64,000 nt of DNA from Eremomyces bilateralis CBS 781.70 (lineage: Eukaryota): the NCBI GenBank assembly GCA_010015585.1, contig ML975155.1; one strand, written 5' to 3'. The translations under genes were made by a program, and so were the position numbers. Shown here in pieces: positions 37,721 to 49,894 of this stretch. Positions within the stretch are counted from its first letter, which is position 1; each line of letters opens with the position of its first letter. The notes beneath the pieces were generated by a model. It saw only the letters and a program-made list of their open reading frames with translations, did not search any database and was not told the origin of the DNA.

Positions 37721-39537
37721 GGTTGGATTGGGTTGCGGGAATTGGTTCGGGGATGGTTCGGTGGTTTTTCGTACGATTTAGGGGTTGATCTCGAAGGGTA
37801 AGGGCTGATTTCGAAGGTTTGGTTTGGTTTGGTTACTGTGAAATGACCGATCCAAGATCTGGGAGTCGCGAGATATTTCAATGAGATGCATCGGGGGCGA
37901 ATGCAGGGATGGGAGGCTTGACGTCATGGGGGAGGCAGAAACAGGGGTGCACGACAACGTCGGTTCAAGATGCGATGGGAGTTGAGATGTGTACCAACCA
38001 TGTAACACACGGAGATCATTATTGTTCAAATTCTAGGGCATCATTGCGTGGTCCTTGCCTTCTTGGTGATGAGATCTGAGAATGTGGCTCTTTGTGACTG
38101 TTAGGGACGTCGAAATCTGCACCTGGGGAGGTCGACGCTCCAGTTCAGTCGCCGCTGAACAGTGGCCGATGATGTCGCATACTGTGCTCCGATGCCTCGA
38201 AAACATTTTCAGTTCTAATACTAGTTGATATTGCTTTCACTGAAAAGTGGCTTCCTGTTATACGGAAATGATAGGACAAGTCAAGGGCTGGAGGTAGCAT
38301 ATCCTCCGGCGCATCCGAACCGTCAGATCTATCAGGACATCTGCATGCTTGGAGATGTTATCACAGAAGAGCTTGGATAATCCAGTATGCCGAAGAACAT
38401 GGCATCACGCTAGAGAAGAGTTGTGTTCCATTGTGGCTAAGTATACAAATTTTCCTATCCATTACGAAACCGGGAACCTTTTTGGAGAGAGATGTAGCAT
38501 AATTATACTAGCGAGCCCACATCCCCTGTCATTTCCGTTCTAGTTTGTTTCGTGTCTTTCCGTTCGATTTAAGGCAGAGCACACACGTACGGTCCAACCC
38601 ACCAATGGATCACCACCTTTGGAATATCACGACACATAGGTATTCGTCTTGATAACTACAACCAGACCAGTGAAATTTTGTTTATTTACTCTTAAAATCT
38701 AGAAAGTAGCAGCAATATCATGTATCGTGCGGTGGCCGTTATCAAGTAATGTAAATCCATCCAGAACAGAGCATGCCAAAATAATCAGTCATCATATGAG
38801 CAAATGGATTCCTATGGTTATCGATAGCATGACAACCACGTAGGTACTTGCAGAATTCACAGGACCAATAGAATAGAGGAATCTGAGAGTGTGCTTCTAC
38901 AATTCAAGGACATTTGAACGATAGCGAATTGCTAAAGAGAAAATAATAGTCTCTCCTCGAACTACGCTCATTGCGTGTGGTTGTGGAAGTGCTCATGCAT
39001 TATCGATATCAGACACCACTCATAGTGAGCCTGTTCATTAAATTCAGTTCCTCGTGTTCAGCCTCCAGGATCGACGGACTGAGTAATAACTCAAGAGTGT
39101 GACAAGGAATAACAATTGTAAGAGCGCAGTAAAGAAAGTTTGCTATGAGGGGTAGGGAGTGGGAGGAATTTAACCATCAGCAGCGGGGAGAGTTGTTTTT
39201 CCGGTGGCCGTGATGATGAAGGGTGTGTTTCAGAAATTATATATGTTTCGGATCCATTGCTGTGATGGTTTTAGTCTATTCAGTAATGAGGATATTAGTA
39301 GAGGATGGCTACAGGATAGAGTCTCCAGGGTGACTGACTCAAGGAGATAAGCAGGTTGCTAGGACAGATGTAGATGGTTGCATATACCATGGACTGCGGT
39401 TGAAACAATTCTGAATCCACCCAGTGAACCAAGGCAAGGAGTATACAATTATTAGCGGTGGTATTTCTATTAAAAGGTACTGCTTGGCTCAGTTGGCACC
39501 CCCCACTTGACAACCTGCCAGATGGTGAACATTTTAA

Positions 39538-39608
39538 ACCACCTGTTACCTCAGCTGTGTAAGGGGCTGGGTGTGTAGAGACTCAGGTTCGATCCCTGGA
39601 GGTGTTCA
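39538..39608 (+). other. Degenerate tRNA-like (Pol III B-box) element
   Basis: T-arm TCAGG-TTCGATC-CCTGG, an A-box-like TACCTCAGCTG, partial CACCT/AGGTG acceptor pairing and a downstream T5 run. No proper anticodon arm is visible. Confidence 0.3.
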
Positions 39609-40345
39609 TTCTTATTCTCATTTTTCATTTCTCTCAATTGATACTAGCTCCATTCAAATGGGACCCAGGTTCTTCAGGAAATTTTAGAGCAAGAGATAGG
39701 TGGGATATATTAATTTCAAGCAAACTTGGACAAGTCCAAACAAAGACTAGGTGACTGATAGAGAAGGAAACCCAGTCAACGCAACAGGCAAGAAAAATGC
39801 CATTAAGTATGCACTACACCTTCACTGCTTACTTGACTTCCTGCTTATCTAACATCCTTTGTGTTTTTCTATCCACCCAACTTTCTGGGCCATTCAGATG
39901 TCATGTGATGGGACCAGCACTGCTCATACAACACAAACAGTCCTAGAAGTGGATGGGCATTTTGGACTGACTTAGACACTATTTCTTTAAGTATTATACA
40001 AAGATTCTGAAGAACACACCCCAGGGACATATTTGAGATAGAGCTTGTAATTTTGGGCCTTGGAATTCTGATCCCAAAAGGACAGCGAAACAGGAAGGGT
40101 GAACAACTGAAGAGAGCCCTGGATGTGGTGATGAAGAATGAGTGAAGTCGAATGAGCTCCACTTTTCCGGATCAGGCAGTTTGTTTTCTTCCTCGACCAA
40201 TCGCCATGACGTCGAAGTTTGCAGCAACTCTCAATTCCTGTCCAAACCAAACTTCCTTGCCGCACCACAAATACCTGGCATCTATTTCCTCTCTGAAGAT
40301 CCAACACGCATATTCTGAGCTAGAATTTTTGTCGCAATCGTCATT

Positions 40346-40812
40346 ATGCCTACCGAACCGCTTCAAGAGCGCAACGCAAACGTGCCTTCGCCAACGAAGA
40401 CGCATGTGGAAGAGAAGGGCCAACCTGTTGTGCAACAGAATGCGGCGAAAGCACAGTTCGCCAATAATAACCGGTACGAGCCACCTAATTATCATGGGGT
40501 CATAGATTCTAACTAGCATCAGGTTTTCCAAGTCATACATCTCACCCTCTGACGCCGTCTTGTCCCCCGCAACGAAGAAGTTGGCCGCCTTCAAGAACAA
40601 GCATATGACCAAAGGGTGTGTGCTTGCACAGCAGACCACAAGCTTTGAAACAGAGGTTAACCTTCGTTAGAATCAAACCACAATCCCTCTTCGGTCGATC
40701 TCCACCTGCTGAGCATACTGCGGAGGACCGGACTGCTGACACTCGGGCTGCTGCATCAAGCAGCATCGGATTCGCATCTATTGGACAGGCTCTGAATGAA
40801 CCCCCAAAGTAA
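40346..40812 (+). CDS. Spo12-family protein. Exons 40346-40473, 40523-40615, 40671-40812
   Basis: Spliced product MPTEPLQERNANV...YISPSDAVLSPATKKLAAFKNKHMTKG-IKPQSLF matches the Spo12 SPSD..SP..KKL motif. Introns are canonical. Confidence 0.85.
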
Positions 40813-41241
40813 CGAGCTTCGGATGGGCCCTTGGTATTTACAATAGAGAGCTGGTTATTGGGGCTCTTGGGGCGTTTTTGGAGTGCTGGACCATCTGAAT
40901 GTTTGGAGTAGCGGACGACCTGACCTGGCGGTTGCATCGCGGTTGAGATCCGGAGGGGCTACTACTTGGTCGCTTCATACAGGAGCACAGCAGGCTGGGA
41001 CGTTTATCCATTATTATTGGCAATGCATGTCTATTTGCCGAATTCTCAAAATTTCTCATGCAGATCCTTGTGTGTTTATCTTTCATGTCGCTCCGAGTTG
41101 CTCAAACAACGCCAGCAAACCCCTGCTGCTGGACCGTCGACGAATGAGGAGCGCCCAGCCGGATCCTTGTCTTCATCCAAGACTTCCATGATAGTATCAA
41201 TCTCACCTCTGATACAAATAATATAATGAAATTGAACATCA

Positions 41242-42246
41242 ATGCCTGAACTGGGCGAGGAAGAAAGGCGATCGCTTAAAGAGGAAATCTCCAGTCTTGA
41301 AATCCGACTAAAAGATGCCAAATCCCAGCTTTCGTTGCGGGATGATCGTATCGAGTCTACGCACACCTTTGATCTAGGCATCTCGCGAGCAATATCAAGC
41401 CTACCTCCAGATATCGGATTCGAGACTCTCCATATGTTATTGATCCTCTCCGACTCTGCTCTACCTCTCGGATCCTTTGCCTTCAGCAGCGGCTTAGAAT
41501 CCTATCTCGCACACCAACGCTTATCAAACCGCGCTACCTTCGCATCAAACGCATCAAACGCATCAAACTCATCAGCCTTTCTACACTTCCTCCACTTATC
41601 ATTGGGATCTATTGCGAGTACAACACTACCCTTCGTTCTCACCGGCCATAAACATCCCGACCAACTCCTATGTCTGGACAATGACCTCGACGCATCCACG
41701 CCATGCACCGTGGCGCGTCGCGCAAGCGTTACCCAAGGCCGAGCGCTCCTAACCCTATGGGAGCGAAGTTTCCGCCGCCAACATGTTCATTCCTCCCCCT
41801 CGAAACGGGACGCCGGCATCGACGCCCTCGAATCCTTCCAGGTCTCGCTCCGAGAAGCCGGCAGAACCGACGGACGAGCACCCCAGCCCGCCTCCGCATC
41901 CGCGGGGCCGAAAGAGCCAGCGTTCGTCACGATGGGCCCATCGGCGCACATGGCGCCGCTATTCGGCGTGCTGACGCGGGTTCTCGGCCTGCCGCTCCGC
42001 ACGGCGGCGTATCTATACCTGTTCAGCCACGCGCGGACGGTGACGAGTGCGGGGGTGCGGGCGGGGGCACTGGGGCCGTATCAGGCGCAGGAGATCTTGG
42101 TCGGGGGGGCGGTGAGCGAGCGGATTGGGCGGTTGATCGACGAGGGGTGGGATCGGAGGGTCGAGGATGCGGGGCAGAGTGTGCCGGCAGTGGATCTTTG
42201 GGTGGGGAGGCATGAGTTGTTATATAGTCGGATATTCAATTCGTGA
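41242..42246 (+). CDS. ureF: Urease accessory protein UreF
   Basis: LLILSDSALPLGSFAFSSGLESY, ARRASVTQGRALL, AGVRAGALGPYQAQ and the C-terminus RHELLYSRIFNS. Confidence 0.95.
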   Translation: MPELGEEERRSLKEEISSLEIRLKDAKSQLSLRDDRIESTHTFDLGISRAISSLPPDIGFETLHMLLILSDSALPLGSFAFSSGLESYLAHQRLSNRATFASNASNASNSSAFLHFLHLSLGSIASTTLPFVLTGHKHPDQLLCLDNDLDASTPCTVARRASVTQGRALLTLWERSFRRQHVHSSPSKRDAGIDALESFQVSLREAGRTDGRAPQPASASAGPKEPAFVTMGPSAHMAPLFGVLTRVLGLPLRTAAYLYLFSHARTVTSAGVRAGALGPYQAQEILVGGAVSERIGRLIDEGWDRRVEDAGQSVPAVDLWVGRHELLYSRIFNS

Positions 42247-42398
42247 GGAACGGGGTGTTCCTCGGGTGGAACTATGATGTCTACCTACACCGCTGGGATA
42301 TCCGACTCCGGAACGGGACCGTTTTCTCCACGCTAAAAGCGGATATGAACCGTAACCTAACACGACCAAACGCCTGCAAATGCTGTCCGGGATTGACC

Positions 42399-43733
42399 CT
42401 ATCTACCGCCAGCAAATCCATCCCGCCCCCATCCTTTCGCCCGCATGCTCTCTTCAATCGCCGTCCAGATCCCCTCGACCACCTCGCGATCCCGCCATCG
42501 ACCCTTCTCCCCTTGGTGCGGACTCCATTTGTCAACGCTGGCAGCCTTGACTCCTCGACCCCAGCCCTTCACCGTCTCGGGCAGCTTCTCGCCGTTCCAG
42601 CCCACGTAGATCCCCAGCGCGTGCGCGAACAGTTCGGAGGGATTGCTCCATTTGTAGTGCTTGAATTGCCAGGTCTGCCCGGTCGTGAACACTGCTACCA
42701 GCCGGTTCCAGTACTCGGGTTTGAACTGGTCGACGCTCTCCACCAGCACGAAGCGGATGGGTCGGTTGGGATCGATGGATGGGAGGGTTCGTTGGATGTG
42801 GAGGATCGTGGCGAGGGATGAGCTGGCGGCGGCGGGGCTGTCGGCTGGGACGAAGAGGCCGGATTCGAGGAATTGTTTGATGTTGGTCATGCGGAGAAGG
42901 GAGGATGCGGATGGGGAGAGAAGGATGATCGGTTCCAGGCGCCGCTGGCCGGGTTTCTTAAGGTTGGAGACGAGCGCCGGGTTTGTGGTGAGCGGGCCAG
43001 CTGAATGGTGACCCGGTCGGTGTCTGCTGCGTCCAAGGAATATCTCGGCGTGTTTTCGAACATGCGAGAAGTCCTAAGTTGAAGCATTAGCAAGCAAATC
43101 AGGAGGTTCCATCAACAAAAGAACTACCGTTGGTTTGATGCCTCTCAGAACGCTGTTTCTATCCCCCATCTTTCGCTCACCACTATATATCTCTGCTAGC
43201 CGCGGGTCGATCTCTTTAGCAGCTTTCGGAGCCCCAGGAGCCGCTCCGACAGTTGGAATCCCTCCCGCGACACCCGCCGCGACCTGAGCGGACGTCTCCG
43301 CCCGCGCGACGGCCGGGTCGAGCGGCTTGATATATTCGCTTTCATCCGACGTCCCCTCAAGCCACGACGCCAGATCCAACCGCTCCACGAAGACCAGATT
43401 CTGGATCTTCCCCCCCGCTGCGCCGGGCGCTACGAGCTCCTCGTTGACCCGCTGGGTCGCGGTGATGTAGTCCGGAATGGAGACATCTTTCTTCTGCCAG
43501 GCGAAGTAGATGCTCCTTAGGTCGACGGGGCCGCTACTTGATACGAATCGCGTTTGGGTGCTGAGCGGAAGGGAGAACTTCTCGGGTCCGTGGGTAAAGA
43601 GGAGATGCGATGCGAGGGCAATGTTCGTTTCATCGGGCGCTGAGGAGGGATCGGAGGAGGTCGAGAGGATGGGAGGTTGGTTGGCTGCGGTAGCCTGGCG
43701 CAGGCTGAGAAGAGGGTCGTGCTGTGTCGCCAT
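42399..43733 (-). CDS. CDC73: Paf1 complex subunit Cdc73. Exons 43733-43128, 43073-42399
   Basis: DRNSVLRGIKPT|DFSHVRK, PIILLSPSASSLLRMTNIKQFL and WNRLVAVFTTGQTWQFKHYKW. Confidence 0.95.
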
Positions 43734-44094
43734 AGTTGAGGCTGGAGTGAGATCTATTTCGGCATTTGATCTTCGGGGATTGCGGGCATCAATGTGTAGA
43801 GCAGTTGGCGTTCAAGTGGACTGTGAAACTTCCTTGGAACGGACAGGAACCTTGACGGAATTCCGCGTTGGATCGCGACAACCGGAGTTTTACCGGCTGG
43901 GCATCTCACACGCATCCAGATGGCTGAACGGAGTAAACAATTCACATTGCAATCCACATTGATGGTCAGATTTGTTGTCCCTTTTGTAGGATGATAAAAT
44001 AGGCTACACGAAACCAGATTTGAACGTGTTAAATCAATACTCGATATTGTGCTGACAGCTTCACTATCTTGCTCCCTTCGTCACCGGATCTACA

Positions 44095-44885
44095 ATGGCT
44101 CGTTCACTAACCTCAAGACCGATTGATATCCTCTATCTAGCGTTCTTTATTATCCATATTCCAATTGTTATTTGTAAGCCTGGATGTTTTCAGCTATTGA
44201 TTTGATCGACAACTTACAAGATTTGTAGTCATCGATTCCTTTCCGTTATGGCCTCCGGCACTTCGAATGGAATGGATGAAGGCATTGCGGCTGTATTACA
44301 TCCAGACCTACAAAGATTTCTTCTTCATTGATCCCCCGTAAGTGTCCTTCCAAACTTTCCTGCAAGCCACGAATCTTATGGACATACAGGGCGTGGTTTG
44401 GGACGTATATGTGGATGGAACTCATCTATCATCTCCCGCTCAGTCTATGGGCTGTTCCAGCTATCATTAGGGGTGAGTTCTTCCCTGGAATGGTGTTGTA
44501 GATCTACGCTTGCAGGCATGATCGAGAAGCCCTCCGGTTTCTGTCACTTTTATTCAGACTAACCTCATTCGCCGCGCAGATGACCCGAAGATCCCTCTGC
44601 ACCTGTTGATATACGGGTGTCAGACCGCGGTGACTACTTTGACATGCATTTCCGAGTATCTGAGCTGGCCAGGATATACGAGCCAGGAAAAACTTAACTT
44701 AGGGTACCTTTATGTCCCGTATCTCGTACTCTGTGAGTGTCCCTGAGCCGAACCAAAAATCACTATTTCGGTCCCACTGACTCGAGATAGCCGTGTTTAT
44801 GACCGTGGATATGTTTAGGAGGTTGGATCGAACTCTGGGACTCATCTCGATGCGCTTCGGCAATGCCGGCAAGAAGAAACAGTAG
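44095..44885 (+). CDS. EXPERA-domain (TMEM97/sigma-2 receptor-like) ER membrane protein. Exons 44095-44173, 44229-44337, 44390-44472, 44580-44732, 44791-44885
   Basis: Manual splicing of four GT-AG introns gives MARSLTSRPIDILYLAFFIIHIPIVIFIDSFPLWP..YKDFFFIDPPAWFGTYMWMELIYHLPL..LYVPYLVL..GKKKQ*, with about four hydrophobic segments and a C-terminal KKXX. Not in the ORF track. Confidence 0.88.
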
Positions 44886-45455
44886 ATCGTCCACACGTAT
44901 GGGAAGCAATTGTTGCCTTGTTGACACTGTAGGGAAGCGGCGCTTTCGAGAAATTTACAATGGCATTTCGAGATCAACAACACATATATTCTTTGCTGGC
45001 AGAAGAGAAGTCTAAAGCCTATGCCACAGTGGCAGATTCAGGATTGTGGCTCGGGTGCTCGGCCTGATGTTAGATCCGTTAAGTTTCAAAACGCGAATAA
45101 CGATCAAGAAACAGCGGAAGCCGCATGCATTGTGACTTTAAGCGTGAGGATATGTATACGAAATCACCAACGACCGTAACTGGATTTCCGAAACCCGAGT
45201 CGGTTCTCATCTCTCTGCCTCTCACCGGCTGGTCAGCTCGAGCTGGGTTTGTTCCTGGAGATTCAGCCAAACGACTACCATCATCAGTCTACACCGCCTC
45301 TCCACCTGAGAATACCTCTGACTCCAATTCACTCGGCTCAGCACTCGTCTCCGATGATGTTTTCACTCACATCGAGCAGTCTCCTTCACAACAGTACCTG
45401 CCCGGCTATCGCTCTTCTCGAATCTAGCCCAAGCTCCGCAGCGTTCTTCACCACT

Positions 45456-45457
<2 letters not shown>

Positions 45458-45493
<36 letters not shown>
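45458..45493 (+). repeat. (CAG)12 microsatellite
   Basis: 12 perfect CAG units preceded by TAG. Confidence 0.97.
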
Positions 45494-45494
<1 letters not shown>

Positions 45495-46046
45495 GGACCG
45501 ACGTCCACATTTAGCCCAGCATCTTCGTCCAGATAAGCTCCTCCTTTGACGCTGTCTTCTCAATATCTCCGCATGGTCCCACCCCTACGATGTCGCCTAT
45601 AAGGTCACAGCTAGGCTACTGAACACACTGACTAGATTGCTCAATCAACCTCTGCGGTTGATCGCGTGGCGGGCCGGAGACAACAACCATAAAGTTTTGG
45701 GGCGATATATTTATCGAATCGGCGCAGTAAGAAGCTTCTTGGTATCATGGAAGGAAGGGATTCAGTGGTCAATCTTCGAGGACAGGGCATAAGGCGGTTT
45801 CGAACATTCCAAAGCAGGGCCTTTGGGTTATTTTGCCATTAAAATAATTTCATTATTGTCTCCGATGCACAGAAGTTATGTTGTACAGATAGATTAACTT
45901 AGAGGCGGCCATTGTCGCCTACCTAGCTAGATATAACTGTGCAATGACCTTCAATCAAAGTGGTGATAATAGTGCTCCTCCTTTCCAACGCCATTTCGTC
46001 CTCGAAACAGTGACCAAACCAATAATTCATCCTAATCTTAGGGCAA

Positions 46047-46577
46047 TCATTTCGACAGTAACTTATCCACCCCTTCCATCTCCCACTGCGTAGGAAACCC
46101 ATCCTCTGGCATCTGATACCACTCCGACTTCTCCTTCATGAAGATATGCTGCGATTCCAGCCCAAACTTCGCCATATCACACTTGTCGTCAACCGTCCCG
46201 GCCGTAATCCCAATTACCTCTGGTGCGTTAACATACACCATCGAAATCGGCGAGCCGCACGCTCCACAGCAAGTGCGAGTAGCATAAGGAGAGACCTTGA
46301 TCGTTCGCAACGAAGGCAGCTCAGCGTGCTTCGCTTTCCAGTCCGTAAACCTCGGCCAATCGGAGCTCGTCTCCGTCGTGATTAGAACCGAGTCAACGGG
46401 GAAGTCGACAAACGCCATGAACGCCGAGCCGGAGAGCTTGCGGCAGGTGTGGCAGTGGCAGTAGGTCTGCTTGGTGGGGATCGCGGAGGCGATGTAGCGG
46501 ATGAGACCGCAGCGACAGCCTCCTGTTACGGTGGGAGGGTTGGATGGCAATTTATCATCCCTTTTTTCGCTTTCCAT
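46047..46577 (-). CDS. GFA / CENP-V (Mss4-like) zinc-binding protein
   Basis: TGGCRCGLIRY, CHCHTCRKLSGS, RTCCGACGSPI and HIFMKEKSEWY. Confidence 0.92.
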   Translation of the reverse strand: MESEKRDDKLPSNPPTVTGGCRCGLIRYIASAIPTKQTYCHCHTCRKLSGSAFMAFVDFPVDSVLITTETSSDWPRFTDWKAKHAELPSLRTIKVSPYATRTCCGACGSPISMVYVNAPEVIGITAGTVDDKCDMAKFGLESQHIFMKEKSEWYQMPEDGFPTQWEMEGVDKLLSK

Positions 46578-49018
46578 GGTGGATTATATGATGGAGGGTT
46601 TAAGTGGCCGTCATCCTCCGTGGACGAGGGAGACTTGTTGTTGTCTTGGTGTTGCGTGGCAGGGGTGATGTCATGGCCACTCGATTCCAAGATTCAGGAC
46701 CTACACACGATTTACAATGTTCACGACTGTTGAAGTATGAAAGCTGAGCGGAATCGGCTTGATTTTCTTTTCGTGCATGACGGCGAAGGAAGTTCCACAC
46801 GCAAAGGCGCGCCTACGCGTCGCCCATTTCTGGGTGGGATCACCGAATAATAATATTGTATAGGTAAACTCGTTCTTTCGCAACTGCCACGAATGGCCGT
46901 GCCTAATAGGCACGCCATAGTTGTCCTTCTTCCTCCACGAGCCTCCCCCATACCAGACCTTCACCAACATAACTGCACAGTCCTCAATCCACGAAAGTCA
47001 TGTATTTCAGCGTGACCGGCGACGAGCGCCATTTACGCTGCCTCCCTTTCTTTGCCGGCGTCTTGAGGAAAATCCTCTCCAGCTGTAGAATATCAGTGTC
47101 TGGGTCTTGTCATCTAGTAGTAGAAATGCCACTTACCCTCCTTATCACCCGACTCAAATTCCCGAATATCGGCCGCCGAGATGGCCATGAACGCAGCCCT
47201 TTGTTGAGTGTACAGCTCGTTACACTGATCGATGTTCCTCCTCGAAAGGAGAAACCATCGGTAGTGATTGTGGACATAGCGCTATAGCCCTGGGAATGAC
47301 AAACACTGCCGGGATTTGAACGGGGAGTTGGCGTGGCAGCCTGGGCAGATCAGCGCGAACTACTGTGTCTCTCCCCGTTTTCGAATGATCCCCTGGCAAG
47401 TACTATGCTTCTCGTAACCAGGACACACCCCATGCAAAGCAGGAGTTCCCGGGCGGCCTGTACGGGTTGGTGGCGTGGTTCCAGTGGGAATTGGAGCTGG
47501 AATCGCAGCTGGTGTTCCCACTGCAGTCATCGGGGTCGTCGTCGCCATGTGGTGATTGCTGGGGGACACTGCAGCTAGAGGTGAGATAAGCCATGGGTAG
47601 AGTTCTTAACGATGCCTAGAGAAAGAACCCAGAAGGTCCAGTGGAATCATCATCCATCATGATGTGACCCTGGTTCGTGCCGAAAAGATCGTCTCCGTGC
47701 GGGCGAACCGGGCGTACCGGATTCGGCGGCTCCGTGAAGTGGAGGTCTTCGCCGGGAACGAATTCATGCCCATGCGGATAGGTAGCGATCTCGTCGCCAC
47801 TATGGGGCGGCCGGTACCCCTGGATTGGTATGTAGCCGCTGGCATTATGGGTCGGCCTGAAATCCCAAGAGTAGCCTTCCGTCGGGTCGTGATTCTGGAA
47901 TTGATCCAAGCACGTCGTGCTCACAGGACAGTACGTTTCCTAACACGAGCACGTCGAGCCCGCCGAGACTCGGCAATGGTAATTGATCACTGTAGGCACT
48001 GTATGGCCTGGTGGGTCCAGAAGGGCTTAGGGGGGTAAAAACGCAGTACTAGGAAGCCTTATCATGAATGACTCCTAGCCTTTCTTGCGAGATACTACTA
48101 ACTCCTGGCAAGGGGGCACATAAAGGAAGAAGGGAGCCAGGCTCGAAGGAAGCTGAAGAGCATCTAGAAGAACGTAAGTTTCGTGAAGCTCTTGGAGTAT
48201 TGAAAAGGAACACTTTAGGGAATCATGCTGGGGACGTTGATCTGGCCCCTAAGATTTGGGTCCGACAAACGGTCAATTCAAAGAATCCTCGAGGGTCTAT
48301 ACGGTGGACATGTGTCGGTAGTCTCTGAAAGTGTGCAAAGTAAATATATGTTTCGGGATGTCCCAAAAGGCCGGAGATCGAACCCAAAATACGGAGGTTT
48401 AGTAACGCTCCTGGAGTATTACAATTGGAATACAGTGGAGAATCATGCTCGAGGATGTTGATCAGGCTCCAAGTTGATAAGGCTCAAGCAAACGGAGAGT
48501 GGAAACACCTACGAGGGCTTGCAGAATGCACAGGTCAGTGATCTCCGAGGGACCGGAAGGTGAATACAATATGTGCCAGTGTGTCCCACGGCGACAAGGG
48601 GCAGAGAGCGAGCCAGCCCTCACACAACCGTTGAGTATCGCACTTTCATATACATCTGTTTGCATGTTAGCACAACTGATATCAAACTCCTCATCTGTTA
48701 GTGACCCTTACTTATCTCTTCAAGCATATATATCAGCCAGACGAAGACCTCCGCGAGGACTCGACGCCTCACACTGCGCAGGTCTTAGCTGGACAAGCAA
48801 CCCAATATACACCCACACATAGTTAGTATCATAGAAGCAACGTCAAACTTTCCGTGACCTGCTAACCCCAATCAATATAATCGTGTTAATCCGAACTCGA
48901 ATATCGTATATGGTACATCGCTGAGCGGAAAAGGCCCAGCCTGCTGCGTCGACGACGGCATCCTATAATCGTACAATGGCTGTAGGGGGGTATATAAGGC
49001 ATCGTGGAACACCGGAAA

Positions 49019-49276
49019 GACTTTTGATCCTCTTCAACACCTATCGACAACATCTTGGTGGGAGCCAAGGGGGACTATACCGACTCTCGATCCTCTTCAA
49101 TCCCCGTCGACAAACATCTTGATGGGAAGCAAGCAGCATTATAACGACCTTTGGTCCTCTTGAATCTCCATCCACAAACATCGTGATGGGAGGCAAGCGG
49201 CATTATTATGACTCTTGATCCTCTTCAACCCCGATCGGCAGGCATCTTGATTTTGATGAGAGTCAAGTGGCATTGT
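49019..49276. repeat. Degenerate ~64-bp minisatellite, 4 copies
   Basis: Units start at 49019, 49082, 49146 and 49210, sharing gacYYtYgatcctcttcaa..acatcttgatgggaRRcaagcRgcattat. Confidence 0.9.
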
Positions 49277-49300
49277 GACAGAAGTTGGACCAGTCAAATA

Positions 49301-49894
49301 TTATCCCACTGCTCTCTTCACCGCCGCGGCAAGCTCCTTTCGATCCACAGACTTCCCCGCAAGAGAACCCCCTTCTCCAATCAGGGCTTTCATGACCTGC
49401 CCCAAGACGACCTTTCCTTGCTCTTTCATTTGTTCGACGACCTCTTGGATAGCCTTTTCCATCTCTTCTGCTCCGACGGCTTCCACCTCTCCGGCATATT
49501 CGTCGAGAATCCGCGTCTGGGCTTCTTCCTTCTCGACCAGGTCCATCCGCCCCGCTGTGGCGAACTGTGAGGCAGCCTCTCTGGATGCGGAGGTTCTTTT
49601 ACGAATAAGAGCGAATAGTTGAATGTCACTGGTGACTGGGCTAGATGTCTTGGAAGCGTTGATAACATCGGCAAGAATGGCTCGAAGGACGTTCAAACGA
49701 GTAGTGTCCTTCGCTCGAAGCGCGACTTTTAGATCATTCCTGATCTTGACAAGTAAGGGAGAGGCAGGTTGCTCCGCGGAAGCGGATGTCGATTGGAATC
49801 TCCAGATGGTTCTGGAAGGGGCTCGTCGGGTATGTGGTAAAGACAGTCGTATTGGAGCCGACATCGGTTTGCATAGAATCTTAAAGAAGGGCAT
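49301..49894 (-). CDS. AIM41: Mitochondrial YqeY/GatB-like protein (Aim41); start at 49894 or 49867
   Basis: Arg/Ser-rich presequence-like N-terminus, LKVALRAKDTTRLNVLRAIL, AGRMDLVEKEEAQ and LGQVMKAL. Confidence 0.88.
   Translation of the reverse strand: MPFFKILCKPMSAPIRLSLPHTRRAPSRTIWRFQSTSASAEQPASPLLVKIRNDLKVALRAKDTTRLNVLRAILADVINASKTSSPVTSDIQLFALIRKRTSASREAASQFATAGRMDLVEKEEAQTRILDEYAGEVEAVGAEEMEKAIQEVVEQMKEQGKVVLGQVMKALIGEGGSLAGKSVDRKELAAAVKRAVG

Noticed and set aside
39538..39608. Functional tRNA gene
   Set aside because: The acceptor stem is out of register and there is no anticodon arm. Kept only as a relic.
49019..49276. CRISPR-like array
   Set aside because: Units are homologous along their whole length with no unique spacers, the context is eukaryotic, and there are no cas genes.
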